From Octopus bimaculoides (Eukaryota): DNA of 64,000 bases. Where the stretch lies: contig NC_068993.1 of NCBI RefSeq assembly GCF_001194135.2, positions 4,124,843 to 4,188,842 of the forward strand, read 5' to 3'. The translations under genes were made by a program, and so were the position numbers. This document shows positions 1 through 14,038 of the stretch, piece by piece (positions within the stretch are counted from its first letter, which is position 1; every line of letters begins with the position of its first letter). The notes below the pieces were generated by a model that was not told where the DNA came from, ran no database searches, and saw only the letters and a list, made by a program, of their open reading frames with translations.

Positions 1-168
1 CGGGCTTCTTCCAGTTTCTCTCTATCAAATCTACCCACGGGGTTTTCGTCTTTCCGAGGTTATAGTAAAAGACACTTACCCAAGGTGCCGCACATTAGAA
101 CTGAACCCGGAACCATCGCGGTTGGGAAGCAAGCTTTTTACAACCAATCCACACCTGCATGGCTAACG
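1..168 (-). mobile_element. tRNA-derived SINE family A (CORE-like), 5' part
   Basis: Reverse complement aligns with the copy at 16696-17125 (ggttccgggttcag ... ccttgggtaagtgtctt ... gaagcccg). Confidence 0.8.
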
Positions 169-1288
169 CTGAAAACAATGTTATGTATAAATTCAACCAC
201 ACCATAAATACCATTTACGAAAACAACCGCGATGGATATGAAAGATTTAAAGTAGATTTCAAAAATAATTTCGTTCTCAGATTTAGCATTCAACTTGTCC
301 CAATATAAATTCCATCCACAACTCGGCCACATTTTCACATATAAACTTAAGTGTAAAGAACATCTCATGCAAAAACTCATTACATCTGAGAAACACTAAC
401 AAATACCTATATAAAAGAGAGGATACTCAGTGCTCTATACGTATTTAATGTCTTGTAGAAGCAAAAGGCAAAAACGTAAGGACACTCTTATCTCGAGACA
501 AAATCGGAACATTGTATCCAGCAGCACTCGCTGGTCGTACCACATGTGTACACAGCCCCAACCTCTGGCCAGAAACTACTCTCCCTCGGAATTCTGTTCT
601 ACACGTCTATTGCTGAAGAGGCTATTCAAAATCCATGCTTCTCGACATGACGACACTTCACCTCGCTTCCGGTCCCGACGTCTCCCTTCACTCCTCTGTA
701 TATCTATACTCGAATTACTTCTGTAATGAGTTTTAAAGCTTCATCTACTAAAGAAACTTTACATAAAGCAGTCTTAAAACTTTAACAAGCATTAATTCAT
801 AACAGATTCACGAATACATTGATACAATGCATTTATCAATTCAGCCACATATATATCACATGTACTAAACCACACATACTCTCTAGTACATACGATAAAA
901 GAACTCTACTTATACAGAACAGAGGAATTCGAATTTATGTAATTATGAAGTGAATTTCTAAACTACTTAGTCGTATCTGCACTTGAATATTTAAATAATG
1001 AACCAGAATCATGTTTTAAAATTATATAATTTCTCAAACATAATCAAACATAGGAATAGATGTTTAATGCATTGGTGATCTTTACTTTGACAGACTGGCA
1101 GAAGTAATATTGTTCATTACATTTAGAATATTTATGATATAGAATATAACAGGAGGTAGTTACCTTTACAACATTACAAGCATCTATAACCTCTCTAACA
1201 ATTTACTTGGTGTAAGAGTTGACTGTTTCACCTGTATGTGTGTATAGATTTATATATCTATATCTATATATGTGCGTGTGTGTGAACA

Positions 1289-1404
<116 letters not shown>

Positions 1405-3049
1405 TATGTATATATATATATATGTATGTATTTATATATATATGTGTGTATGTATACACACACACACACATATATATATATGATCTCAGAAGCTAAAATG
1501 GTGCATTAACATAACTACTGCTGTAAGGAAAGATTTCATTCATGATAGTATTGTTAATAGTTTTAATAAGATATATACATGCAATCATGCGGACATACTT
1601 AGCTATATACATGACATATCAATAGTTTTGTGCTAAAATGAGTAAAAATAATTAAGCTCTGCAATATACTCTTGAGTTGAAATACGTCATTTTTTGCTGC
1701 ATGTATATTCTAAATTCATTCATAAACACAGAAATGTTGCTCAGAGGAATAAGTATGAGGGTAACTAATTTCAAACTTAGTACTAAAAGATGTAAATCCT
1801 GTCTCACTGAAGAAAGTCAAATGTATCTCTTTTACCCCCAACATATACACAAAAATCAACGTAAGATGAAACGTTCGCAAACAATAGTGGGAAAAAAAGC
1901 AGATGATTATGTCCATGGGGTTGCTTGCTTGCTTGCTTTGACAGAAATAATAGCCAAATATTACTCGAATCCTCATTTATCATCTTAGAAATGAACAATA
2001 AATTGACTTATATAGATTTACGTACACTGTACTTAGGAGATAAACTTATGATATTAGCTGAAGCACATTTTATCATAAAGCTGTTAAATCTGGACTGACA
2101 TGAGATTAAATAGCAACAGAAAAATAAGTAATATCCAAGGGTACTTAAGACTTATAAATTCTGTTGGGATGTAAAAATGTCACCAAGTCCTTAATACTAT
2201 AGATATTCACTATTTTCAGGGGATTCATAGATTTCCGTACGATTAACAAGCAACAAGAATACAAGGAAAAATAATAACGATGACGACTTCATGAAGAAAT
2301 AATTCAAGGGGTGTCGGGTCTATCAAGTTATAGCTACGCAGGGAATACGTTCCTGGCGAGACCCCAAAATGCTGCAAGCAGCTTCGCTCAAATTCTTGGT
2401 TAAGCAATGACTGCGAGGTGTTTCTTGGCAGAAACCGCTTGGAGGTTGACCTGTGTATGTGTGTATGCGTGTGTGTGTGCGTCTGTGTGTCTGTGTTTGC
2501 GCACGCATGTATTTATTTAGAGTTAACAATTGAAAACAATTTTAAGAAATAGAGTAGAGAAGAGCCACATTTATTTTAGATACGTTTACGACTGAGTTAA
2601 TAAGCCGTTAGGTGGAAATTAAAGTACCAGCTAAAACAAAACACAGACACACAACCAGACACAGACACGCGCACGCACACACACACACACACACATACAC
2701 ACACAGTTGTCAAAAGATTTCATAAATCGGAATGAATACAAGCGCTCGTATATTAGATAACCGAATAATTATATTATCTATACAATTATTAATATATTCT
2801 CGTAACAGTCAATTTCTTACTTAACGGTTTCATACTAGACAGATAAATTAGCAATCATCGGACATAACTGAATATATATTCACGTGTATGCGAATATATG
2901 TATACATATATATGCATACATACATAAATATTTATATGCATGCATGTATGTATGTATTTATAGATGTTTTTGTATAAATGAGAAAGATAGTCAGAAAGAC
3001 GGATAGCTACAAAAGAGAGAGAGAGAACTAGAAAGACAGACAGATAGAC

Positions 3050-3116
<67 letters not shown>

Positions 3117-3677
3117 TGTATTCCGTGTGTATGTTTGTTTAATAGTGTCTCTACTGAATCTATACGCAAAAATTTATATCTATTTCAAAGTTTAAAAAAT
3201 ATAGAAAAGAAACTCGTGCGTTTGTAGCAGTGTATAAAGTTTACATTACTTAGATTCAAGGTTCGAAGCTGGAGGTGTTCAAAGGAAATTAGGTCTTGGA
3301 AAGGAAGACATGATGGGACTAAAAGAAAGTATAAAAGATGAATACATGAAACAAAGAAAAATTGGATTTTAAAAATCAATAGTATATCCAGCTAAACGAA
3401 GGTGAAAGTTAGATAACTAACAAACAAGGTGGGAGGAAAATTGATGTTTTCAGCATGTGGTTCTTGAGAAGGTCATTGAGAATATAGTAAATAGAAAGAA
3501 AACAAACAGATCAATACTGAAGAAAGGGAAATCTGGAAATAATATGGAAGGATGGATTTTTGGAATCGTTCGTTATAAGGATGGCGGGCACAGAAAGAAA
3601 ATGATGTCAGGAAGAAAGTGAAGGTTCTAGACGGGAAGGAGGATTAACCATATATATATGTATATACATATACAAAC

Positions 3678-3716
<39 letters not shown>

Positions 3717-3726
3717 NNNNNNNNNN

Positions 3727-3763
<37 letters not shown>

Positions 3764-4409
3764 TATATATAAACATGAAAAATATACCCCTATTGAAAGT
3801 TGTGTATAAATAAAAATATGAACATTGTACGTGAATGAATATGGAAAACTTCACTAAATACACTATGACCCATGGAAGGACACAAGAATAGAAAAGCAAA
3901 GAGTACGATTTAAGAATTTAGACGAAAACTATTTGTTTTAATGGTCGTAATTTCCTCTAAGTCGAGATAAAATATATAATAATGATATTGGTGACATCCA
4001 GTATTGCTAAAAATTACCGACATTAGTAAGCATGTCTCATCGTCTGAGGAATAAGATATATTTAGCAATAATTCTCTCAACTATACACCAGTTGTCCAAA
4101 ATAATATCATCTCAGATAAAATATCTACTTAGATGTGAAGTTGTAAAACATAAAAGTAGCACACAAAACAGTGTGTGGTATGATCTAGTGCATTGCTTAA
4201 ATGGGTCAACAAACATAGATAAGATATTCAGTAATTTAATTTCCTTTCAATGTTGATTCAATCACAGATGTAATACTTTTAACAGAAATTTGATATTCGA
4301 TTCTCTTTGACTTATGTTTCCACAGAATAGGTCCGCAAGCTCTGTCATATATGCGTGTGCATACATGTATTCATGTATATGTGTGTGTTTATATGTATTA
4401 TATATGTGT

Positions 4410-4449
<40 letters not shown>

Positions 4450-4496
4450 TCGCAGTATGAATGTATGTATCCACATGTTTAATTAAGTATTTCTCC

Positions 4497-4582
<86 letters not shown>

Positions 4583-4851
4583 CTATTTATCTCCATAAAT
4601 ATGTATATATATAATCCCGACAGACTTGCAAAAACGCCACATACGTTACAGTCTTAAACGTGTACGAAAATACGCATACATCATAAAATACATGTTCAAA
4701 CATACGAATACAATGAAGATATACATGCATATAGATGCACATAAGATATATCATGAAATGCAGATACACACACATATACTTATCATGCGTGTATATATAT
4801 ATATATACATACACACACACACGCATATACACGCAGACATGCATATTCATA

Positions 4852-5010
4852 GGAGGGGCTGCAGAAAACTCCCAAGCCTTCTCGGAGATCAAACATTCCG
4901 ATTTCTTTTACAGAGCTTAGAAAAACTGAAGGACCGCTAGAATAAGTGTTTGAATCTGAGAGGAGAATATGTTGAATAAATCCAACTGATCCGCCTCTAT
5001 TTTCTTTCAC
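4852..5010 (+). mobile_element. Mariner-derived non-autonomous element (MITE) fragment
   Basis: Reads LEKLKDR*NKCLNLRGEYVE*, resembling the mariner transposase C-terminus (RW.KCV...G.Y.E). Homologous to the inverted copy at 45251-45447. Confidence 0.7.
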
Positions 5011-5050
5011 ACACACACACCTATATATAAAACCTATATATATATATATA

Positions 5051-5212
5051 TACGACGGGTTTCTTTAAGTTTCCGTCTACCAAATCAAATTACAAGGCTT
5101 TCGTTGGCCCCAGACTGTAGTAGAAGACACTTGTCCAAGGTGCCACGCAGTGGGACTCAACCCGGAACCGTGTGGTTGGGAAACAAGCTTCTTACCACAC
5201 AGCCACTCCTGC
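5051..5212 (-). mobile_element. SINE family A (CORE-like), head and body
   Basis: Reverse complement gcaggagtggctgtgtggtaagaagcttg...gggttgagtcccactgcgtggcaccttggacaagtgtcttctac; Pol III A/B-box-like head. Confidence 0.85.
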
Positions 5213-5864
5213 ATGTACGTTTTTATTTTTTTTATCTTTTTCGTATGTTTGTGCATGTATTTTTCTTGGTGTATGCATATTTTCATACAAATTTCAGACT
5301 GCGGTATACGTGGCGGTTTTTTGTCTGCAGGCAACACATACCGTGATATTTGGAAATATTTCCGTCTGTCTGTGTACAACAACAAACAAGGAATAATGAC
5401 AAACCAAGAAGTAAGAAGCCAAATCTATTTGCTTCCGATGCGACCAATACTTGCTTCCCTGATCGATTCATATAATCACTTAGAAAAAGAAATTTCATAG
5501 GGATTTTAATTTCTCTTTGACCATTAATTTAATATTATCCTGGCAGGCATTTCATTTGATTACCCATTCATTATTGTTCTTTATCATAATTCCTACCCTC
5601 TGATGATATTGTTTATTAATTATATCTCATGAATAATATTTAGATTACTAAATTATCATTAAGCTTTTTAAAGTACTTTGACGTTTTCATTTAAATTTCG
5701 TTTGTTATCATGATATTGTATGATTATGCCAATTTTCTTGGTCTTTTAATCTCTTTATGATGTTTAGCGATAGATCGTTGTGACTGACGAAGTTTATTTC
5801 TCCGAGGATGAAGCAGTGCTATCAGTTGGCTAAGCTACGGTCTTATTGTCATTTTATTACAAAC

Positions 5865-5911
<47 letters not shown>

Positions 5912-6960
5912 GACAAACATTCATTCATACATACACATAAATATATATGTGTCTGTATGTTTGTGTGTGTGTGTGTGTGTATAGAACACACAGACACACA
6001 TCTTGTGTAAAGTAATTTGATTCGCCACCTCACCCCCTGCAACTAATTTTCGTTCGCTTGTCACAGAAACCTAGCTCGTAGGACCCACGCAGCTGAATCG
6101 GCTCGAAGTGCTTCAGTTCCTGCGACAAGCCAACCAAACTTTAAATGGCATGGGCCGAATCAAACCGTTTTAAATAATAATATATGTAACTTCTAAATGT
6201 ATAAAGTGCCTCTTTCTTTCGTTTGTACCCTCAATGGTACACACATACATACGCATATATATATATATAATGAATATTTATTACACGGTAGAGGTTTGCA
6301 ACGATTTCAACATTATGCCGGTCGATGGGAGAAATATTAGATATTAAATATCAAATCATCCGTCACAAATCAGGCGTACGATACCTTTACTGTTTTTGCC
6401 CTAGAATTTTATACAAGTTTTTTTTATGTTTTTTTTTTCGTATTCGATTAATGAAGATCAAAAATATAATTTCCCCAAATTAATTGATTCTCTTTGATGA
6501 CGTCATTAGAAATTGTAATATCAAATTGGAGATTACAAGAAATTGGCATCAGAAGTCAATGAAATATACAGACTAAAATCTATAAACTAATAAATTCTAA
6601 CGGAACTAATTATTCTATTTACTGATTTTAGCAAGTCAGTATAATTTTTAAAAGTTCCAGTTTGCCTCATTTCTTGCAGATAACTCATAAAACCCACATC
6701 TTTTTTCACCGAAATAGTACCATATTTTGGCAGGTACGTTATTATCGAAATAAAGTTTGCGAAAATCATTACATTCATTTTCTCTTACCAGTTAAGCTTT
6801 TACGTTTATAATGATTCTGTAATATATATCATAAAATTTATGCAACTTTGTAATTTTCCTTCGGTAATGTTTAAGTATGTTATATAATCTACATATTTAG
6901 ACACATACTGTGTCGTATATTCTATTTAATATACAACCATTCTAAATTCTGCACACATGT

Positions 6961-7030
6961 ATACATACATACATACATACATACATACATACATACATAC
7001 ATACATACATACTTGCATACATACATACAT
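6961..7030. repeat. (CATA)n tetranucleotide microsatellite
   Basis: Near-perfect atac repeat. Confidence 0.95.
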
Positions 7031-7031
7031 A

Positions 7032-7310
7032 TTGTGTTGTGTCGAAAGTTTTACACATATTTTAGTAGTAACTTATTTGTTTCACTTCTGAAGTTACAGC
7101 AAAAGCAGCCTAGCATTCGAAGTAGAAGCCATCGTGTGACACAGTCTAAAGACACCTTTCTGCCAGTTCTTTAGTCCCACGTTGATACCAGTTATTGTCT
7201 TCGTGGCGAAGAACTCCTTTACTGAAACGTCCACCTCTTTTACGTTAATAAACTTCGCAAGCGCAGCAAGTGAACTATTCATTGAGGAAAATAATAATCT
7301 AAGGGAGGTA
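7032..7310 (-). mobile_element. Mariner transposase C-terminal remnant with terminal inverted repeat
   Basis: Minus frames give (P)PLDYY / LFSSMNSSLAALAKFINVKEVDVSVKEFFATK and YQRGTKELAERCL*TVSHDGFYFE. TIR-like ttgtgttgtgtcgaaagtttt lies next to a TA at 7030-7031. Confidence 0.75.
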
Positions 7311-7695
7311 TCTTTCCCTAATCTTAATGTGCATAAGCAGAGGTTAAGCAAGGACCATCTTCCGGAACTTGCTGCCAAACATGGACGTTTCGAACACAAG
7401 AGGATGCTCTCCATCAAGTACAATTATGAGGGGATAATTCACAATAGGTTTCTTCCAGATGGTCAAACCATCGATGCCAACCTGTACTCCGAACAGCTGG
7501 AGTGATGTGTACCATTGTGCGGCAAACAAATCTCGGTATTGGTTATCAGAAAGCGCGATTTTCTGCGGTAAGATGATGCAAGACCTCATACTGCTCGAAT
7601 GACCAGGAACTTGAGAGAATCGAACTGATACCACACCCAGCATATAGTCAAGACCTCGCTCCCTCAGATTATTAGTTGTTACAATCGCTTCCTGC
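7310..7695 (+). mobile_element. Mariner transposase catalytic (DD34D) remnant
   Basis: KRMLSIKYNYEGIIHNRFLPDGQTIDANLYSEQLE, then DDARPHTARMT, then LIPHPAYSQDLAPSDY*LLQSL. These match mariner motifs KVMLSVWWD, DNARPH and HPPYSPDLAPSDY, with stops and frameshifts. Confidence 0.9.
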
Positions 7696-7812
7696 GCTTC
7701 CGATGTTTCGTCAACCAAAAGGAGGAAGAACAATGTGTGTGAGTGTTTTTATTGCTGTATATATGCATATATATTGTTGTATACGCGCACACATACATGC
7801 ATATACGTGCAT

Positions 7813-7864
<52 letters not shown>

Positions 7865-8462
7865 TTGTATGACTTTGTATATGTATAACAATTATCTTGG
7901 TCTCAGTCAGCTATTGTATATACCTTGTTTACATTATAGGAATATAATTCGACCCAGAACTTCACTGGTACTTTATTTCATAAACCTAGAGGAATAAACA
8001 ACTGAATTTCCCTTGCTGGGACTCGAATCCAAAACGTAAAACTCATACCTACATACCACCAGAAATGTTATTCGATGCACTCTCAGTTCTACGAATCTTT
8101 CTAAACAAGTAATACTTTTATTCCTCATAGAATTCAGTAACTTCTCAATGGCAAATGGATTTCGAGTAATTTAAAATTAAAGTAGAATACAAATTTCCAT
8201 AACAAAACAAGAATTCATTAACGTATACTAAAAGCAAACGTAGTCGAACAGTAAATCCCTAAGGATTTCAAAGATGAAGCAAGGGATTTCTTGCTCCCAA
8301 ATGTATGACAGAAATATATTGATTTTAAAGGTGAAAGTAGAATTAAAAGACAAGTACATTCTACTTCTGCAAGTTCCCTGGGGAGATAGATTATGCAAGA
8401 AAATATTGTGATCAGTTTTCTTGCTTCTTATGCATTTATTCCAACATCTCACAGTTATGCAT

Positions 8463-8600
8463 GCAGGTAAAGTTTTGTGGTTTATAAGTTCTTTTGTAAC
8501 TCTGTCTTTTCTGGTTCAATACCACAGTACGGTACCTTGATCAAGTGTCTTCTACCTCAGCTTGATTTGGTAGACAGAATCAATGTGGAAACTCATCATC
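8463..8600 (+). mobile_element. Degenerate SINE family A copy
   Basis: ggttcaataccacagtacggtaccttgatcaagtgtcttctac...gatttggtagacag matches family A. Confidence 0.6.
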
Positions 8601-9654
8601 GGTGGATTTCCACAGTTTCCCTTCTCTTAGTTGACAGAATAAATTTGTTATCCAGTTTGGCAACACTACCTATCTCTTCGAAATCTTTATTAGGGTCCAC
8701 TTAGCTGCAAGCATTTGTGTCACGTTTCTTTTTGAAGAAATAAGTTCTTCACTCCGCCACCATAAGTGAAGACCCTGAAAAGGAATCCCAAGCATCGCCT
8801 TTCTTCTTCTGATGAAATCATTAAAATAAAACAGCATTGGGAAATGAATTCTATGAAGTTTCCTAATAACCAATTTTCAGACCGTGGTCTGTCTGAAAAA
8901 AAATGACTAGGCACACATAAACAGAATCTTAAGTTTTGAAAGACAACTGCTTAAGTGGTTCTTTTCCATTTTATCTTTCATTGTGTCAATAATAAACCTA
9001 GAAAGTATCATATTAATTCTGTTCTTGTTGAATAATATTTTATCAAAACACACAGATGATCTATTTTGCTTTGTATCTAACCATGTAACATATCTAGCGA
9101 TGTTTGATTGAATATTTTAGAGTAACCATGTTAAACATTGTTGAAATATCAGGAAATCTGAAATATAGCAAATTTAAATGGAATTTGTTATGGGAGTATA
9201 TTCACGTTTTACATTAATATATTTAATAATAACATAATTTCGCAATTCATTTTGTAGTTTGGTTTAGCAAGCAAGGAACCAAACTAGATTCTATTCAATA
9301 TCTAGCCTAGTGTCCTATAATTTTCCATTTAAATCTAATGAAAACCAATTAGGATTTTCATTTCTGTGAATCAATAAAACAAAGACCAGTAATAGAATCA
9401 AGTGGAGTCAACTGATTTCGCAAAAATATAAGGAACTGTTTCGTTTGTGGTGTGTGGTGGGGGAGATGTTGGTGAAAGTCCAGCTATCATATTGGAGAAG
9501 AGGAAACACCTTTAAGTCCCTACATCGATCATCAGCTTTCGGATTGGTAAGTACGAGAAACATACGAGGGTCGGCTCTGCCGGATTATTTCTTCACTTTT
9601 GCGCTTTTGCTTATTTTAGGAACCTAAATGATTATTTAAGGATCCAATAATAGA

Positions 9655-9815
9655 TACTGGCTTCAAATTTGGGGCACAAGGCCAGCAATTTTGATAGAGT
9701 GGGGGTAAACCGATTACATCGACCTCATTGCTCAGCTGTTGCTTATTTTGTCGATCCGGAGAGATGAAAGTAAAAGACGACCTATGCAAGCGATTTTGCC
9801 AGCTCACCGCCCTGG
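9655..9815 (-). mobile_element. tRNA-derived SINE family B
   Basis: ttcaaatttggggcacaaggccagcaatttt...gattacatcgacc...gccagctcaccgcc is the reverse complement of the family B copy at 13010-13167 and of its head. Confidence 0.7.
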
Positions 9816-11002
9816 TCGAATAATAAAGATTATGAATGTTTATTTCCCTCATCAAATACTTAGGAATTCGATGTTTATTGTAACAAAATCTGCTCTAGTA
9901 TTGTTACATCTATGCTAGAGAACGCAAAATAATAAGCTAACTGTTGTGGGGGAGCGCTGGAAATATGCATTTACTTCTTACCACATAATATCGTATCTAT
10001 GTACAGGAACGTCTATATAATGACAGGTGAGAGAATTCATAGATGGAATTAAAAGTTAACCGTTCATTTAAACTTGTTTCTTGCACAACTTAATCTTTTC
10101 CCTGAATGATTTTTTTAAATTCTCCCCCACCCAAAATTTTGTCGTGGTTCTGGTGAGAAGTGAAAAGTGAGATTATGATCTTCAGACATTATTAGTTTGA
10201 CTCCAATAATTCTCTGATATTCTTGACTGTTCAATAAATATGCAAATGATATTTAGCTTTTGTATACGATGCAAATAAGAAAATTAACATTTATGCCATT
10301 CAACAGACATGTGACAACAATTGACATAAGCTTTACATATTAGCTACACACTTATCTTCCCAGTATAGACCTATTAATTATATGGACTGTGTGGCAGTCT
10401 TCTCTGTAATTGTCTGCTACTTGAAACCTTTAAATTATTCAACAAAATCTTCGAGAATGTCTGCGATATAAATGTTTGTGTTATTCTGATTACTTACAGT
10501 AATTCTTCGCCAGACATTTCCTGAGAATGTTGTGTCGTTGATTAATTTGATATTAAATGTGAAAAGAGAGGAATATTTATTGAACAATATGTCATTACAC
10601 AAATACAACATAATATACATGTAACTCCGCCTGAATTTCTCTCTACGAAATTGCTTACGTGAGAGTCTCTGCTTGTGTGTGTTTGTGTGTGAGAGAGAGA
10701 GAGAGAGAGAGAAAGTGAGGAAACAGAATAAGAAAAAGAGGGAGAGTAAGAAAGAAATAGAGTGGAAGATAGAAAGCATGTATGTATGTGGGTATGAGTG
10801 TGTATGACAGAGACAGAGGGATTGAGTGTGTTTGTGGTAGTATAATATTGATTTTACAAAAGGTAAACTCATTCATGTTTTGTATGAGTATTTATATTGT
10901 TAGAATTAGATATTAAAGAAAAATGTGTATGATAGATCTGATTGAGAGCTATAAAACACACAGATACACCCATTTACAGAAAACATATATACTCCTTCTT
11001 TT

Positions 11003-11113
<111 letters not shown>

Positions 11114-11344
11114 TAGCAAAAAGAAGTTGAAAATGCACGGGGAGCTTCTCAGACTTAACTTGTTTCACAGATTTTCCTGATTTACAACAGTTGAGATAGA
11201 AAGACGTGACCTCTGCAACAAATTTCAATAAGTTTTTAAAAATAAACCATCAAAAAGACTACCGGTTCATTTTCAACTTCTGCATTCTAATGTTTCAACG
11301 AGTGTGGAATAAAATAACTTCACTATATATATATAGTTAAAGAA

Positions 11345-11532
11345 GATCGAGGAAAGGTGTAAGTCGCTTACATCGACCACAGAGCTCGACTGATACATAT
11401 TTGATCGACCCCCAAATGGGGGGAAAGGCAAATTCGTACTCGGCAAAATTTGAACTTAGAATGTAAAGACGCTCGAAATGCCACGATGTATTTTTAGCCC
11501 GGTACGCTAAGGATTCTGCCAGCTCCCCGCTT
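11345..11532 (-). mobile_element. SINE family B
   Basis: tacatcgacc...tttgatcgacccc...aaaggcaaa...tttgaacttagaatgtaaagac...gattctgccagctc. Confidence 0.8.
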
Positions 11533-11976
11533 CAGCCAACTAATTACAATAATAATGTAGTGTAATTACACATGCAGACAATGTTTATTTGTATTCGTAA
11601 GGGAGGGGCATATTTTCCTAAATTAACTCAAAACACTCAACTATTTGTGATCTCTTGAACTCTGCAAGGATCAAAGACAGCAACGAACGCAGCAGGATTT
11701 CAATCTAGAGCCATTTTAATGAATAGATAACATCAAGATAACACTAATATAATTTTACAGCATTTTTTTTTAATGTTTAATTAGAATTGTAGATGTATTG
11801 AGGAAGGGATGTAGAGGTAGAAACAGAGAATGGCTTGAATAGATGCAATATTTAAATGACTTTAGTTATTAACATGAGTTATTGTTATTAAAATGATAAT
11901 TTTTTCCAACTATTAACCTCATCATCTTTAGCTATTCATACATTTACATCTTCTTTGAATAATGTCGGCCTCATGT

Positions 11977-12068
11977 AAGGTAGTGAGTTGGTAGAATCGT
12001 TAGCATGCCACGCAAAATACTTGGCCGTATTTCGTCCGTCTTTACGTTCTGAGTTCAAATTCAGCCGA
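11977..12068 (+). mobile_element. SINE family B head
   Basis: gagttggtagaatcgttagcatgcc...tttcgtccgtctttacgttctgagttcaaat; A-box- and B-box-like motifs. Confidence 0.8.
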
Positions 12069-12257
12069 CTGTGCTTACTCTTTCGGCACAACTTTCTCTC
12101 AGTCTTTCCTCCTGCATCTAGCAGCTTACCTCAGACAAACCTATACGCCAATGAAACCGGGAAACCAGCCCTTATTAGCCGGGCATGGCTCGAGAAGGAA
12201 CAAACATAATCTATGGTTTCTATGATTTATTTATACATTGTTTATAATACGTACAGA

Positions 12258-12610
12258 CTTTGCTGTGTGGTAAGAAACTTGCGTTCGAGCCACACGGTTC
12301 TGGGTTCGGTCTCCTTGCATGGCACCTCTCATTGCGTGGCTATAGTAGAAGGCATCTTTGGCAGGTGCTTTCGACTATAGCCTCGGCCTAGGCAAAGCCT
12401 TGTGAGTATATTTTCTAGACGGAAACTCAAAGAAGCCTATCATGCATTAGTGAGTGTGTGTGTGTGTGTTTACTCCCTGTAACTTAGCGGCTGAGCAAAA
12501 GAGACTTATACAATAGGTATAAAGAAATAAAACCTGGGGTCGATTCGTTTGTCTAAAATTTTTCAAGGCTGCGCCCCAGCATGATCGATGTCTAATGAGT
12601 AAAACACGTA
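12258..12610 (+). mobile_element. SINE family A, near full length, diverged
   Basis: gctgtgtggtaagaaacttg...gggttcggtc...actatagcctcggcc...gacggaaactcaaagaagcc...gggtcgattcg. Confidence 0.75.
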
Positions 12611-13009
12611 AACGCTAGAAGATATCCAGGGTTTAGATTATTATCGACACTGCTTATATTCTGATATTCCACGCTTTGCTTATTTCAGTGACAAGATTCT
12701 TGTACTGGGGCAATTTCTCCAACTATTCCGAGCATTGTTTCAGTCAGAAGGGATTAAGATCTGCGCCGGGATATAAATATATTCACTGCAGTCCCTGCTT
12801 TATAATATCAGAATCATCACTAAGATGAGAGGAACGTTGGAGCACTGGACAAAATTTTATTGTTCGAATTTGTTCTGGTGTTTTACGTTCTGAATACGTG
12901 TCTTATGTCGAATTTATTTTTCCGAGTTTGATAACATGAAGTACCAGTAAAGTACTGGAGTCCTTAACATCCACCAACCCACTGGATTCAACATTCATGG
13001 CCTTTACCT

Positions 13010-13167
13010 TCTGAGTTCTTTACGCCCTGAGTTCAAATTCCGCCGAGGTCGACTTTGCCTTTCATCCTTACCGGGCGAATACAACAAGTACCAGTTGGAC
13101 ACTGGGGTCGATGTAATCAACTAACTCCTCCCTCAGAATTGCTGACCTTGTGCTAAAATTTGAAACT
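13010..13167 (+). mobile_element. SINE family B body and tail, followed by (ATT)n(ATC)n
   Basis: ctgagttcaaattccgccgaggtcgactttgcctttcatcc...aagtaccagtt...actggggtcgatgtaatc...ccttgtgctaaaatttgaaac. The central domain resembles Meta/Sauria-type SINE cores (from memory). Confidence 0.8.
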
Positions 13168-13207
13168 ATTATTATTATTATTATTATTATCATTATTATT
13201 ATTATTA

Positions 13208-13281
<74 letters not shown>

Positions 13282-13998
13282 TTCATTATTTGTAATAGAT
13301 AATTTTTTTTTCACCTCATCTTGTTTCTGAACTTTCTCCTCGCATCTGGTCATATCATAGCAGTTGAATCCAAATCTAGAACTATAGGTCCATATTAGTT
13401 AGTGAATTTACTGGTGAAGCCGAGAGAATGTAATCCAATTCATCAGATGATTTCCATTGCTTAATGCAGCAGAAATCATTAAGAGAATAGATTTACTGAG
13501 CTGGAAACAAGATGGAATCGCTCGACACAGCTGAGCAGGCACAGCCATTGCTCATACCGTCTTAATATTTGTGATGATGGAGAGAGAGGGGAAGAACTAG
13601 CGGGGAGGTCGGTGATGCTACACACGCTATTTATGCCAGAACAACGTATATAAGGCAGTTATCGACTTGACAATTTTACCATCCGGTGGCTGGTGGGCTG
13701 GGATGTGAAGGAGGTAGCAAGAAATATTCTCACATACTCATTCTTTTCTTGGTCTTTAAATCTATGACTATTGTGAATGATAACAGGATAAGGTTAAAGA
13801 AGTCAGCCAGCTACATCTTCATGTTTCCTTTCAGGAAATCAGAGAAATCTACCCCTGAAGGCATTTTGGTCTCATGTCAATTTAAATTCTTGGCAAACAT
13901 AGTCAATTACCATTTACATGATCTATTGCATTCTCTTGAACATATGGAATACTTGATAAAAATTCTAGCATACAATTTGTTCTTACTTTTCTGTGGGG

Positions 13999-14038
<40 letters not shown>

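Noticed and set aside
430-726. 98-aa GC-richer ORF; possible decayed mariner (HSPNL-like motif) or exon
   Set aside because: Motif matches require several frameshifts, and no frame on either strand gave a recognisable protein.
2323-2460. GC-richer minus-strand frames (STSKRFLPRNTSQSLLNQEFERS...; GQPPSGFCQE...)
   Set aside because: The acceptor is only the end of a CA repeat, there is no convincing donor, and no homology is recognised.
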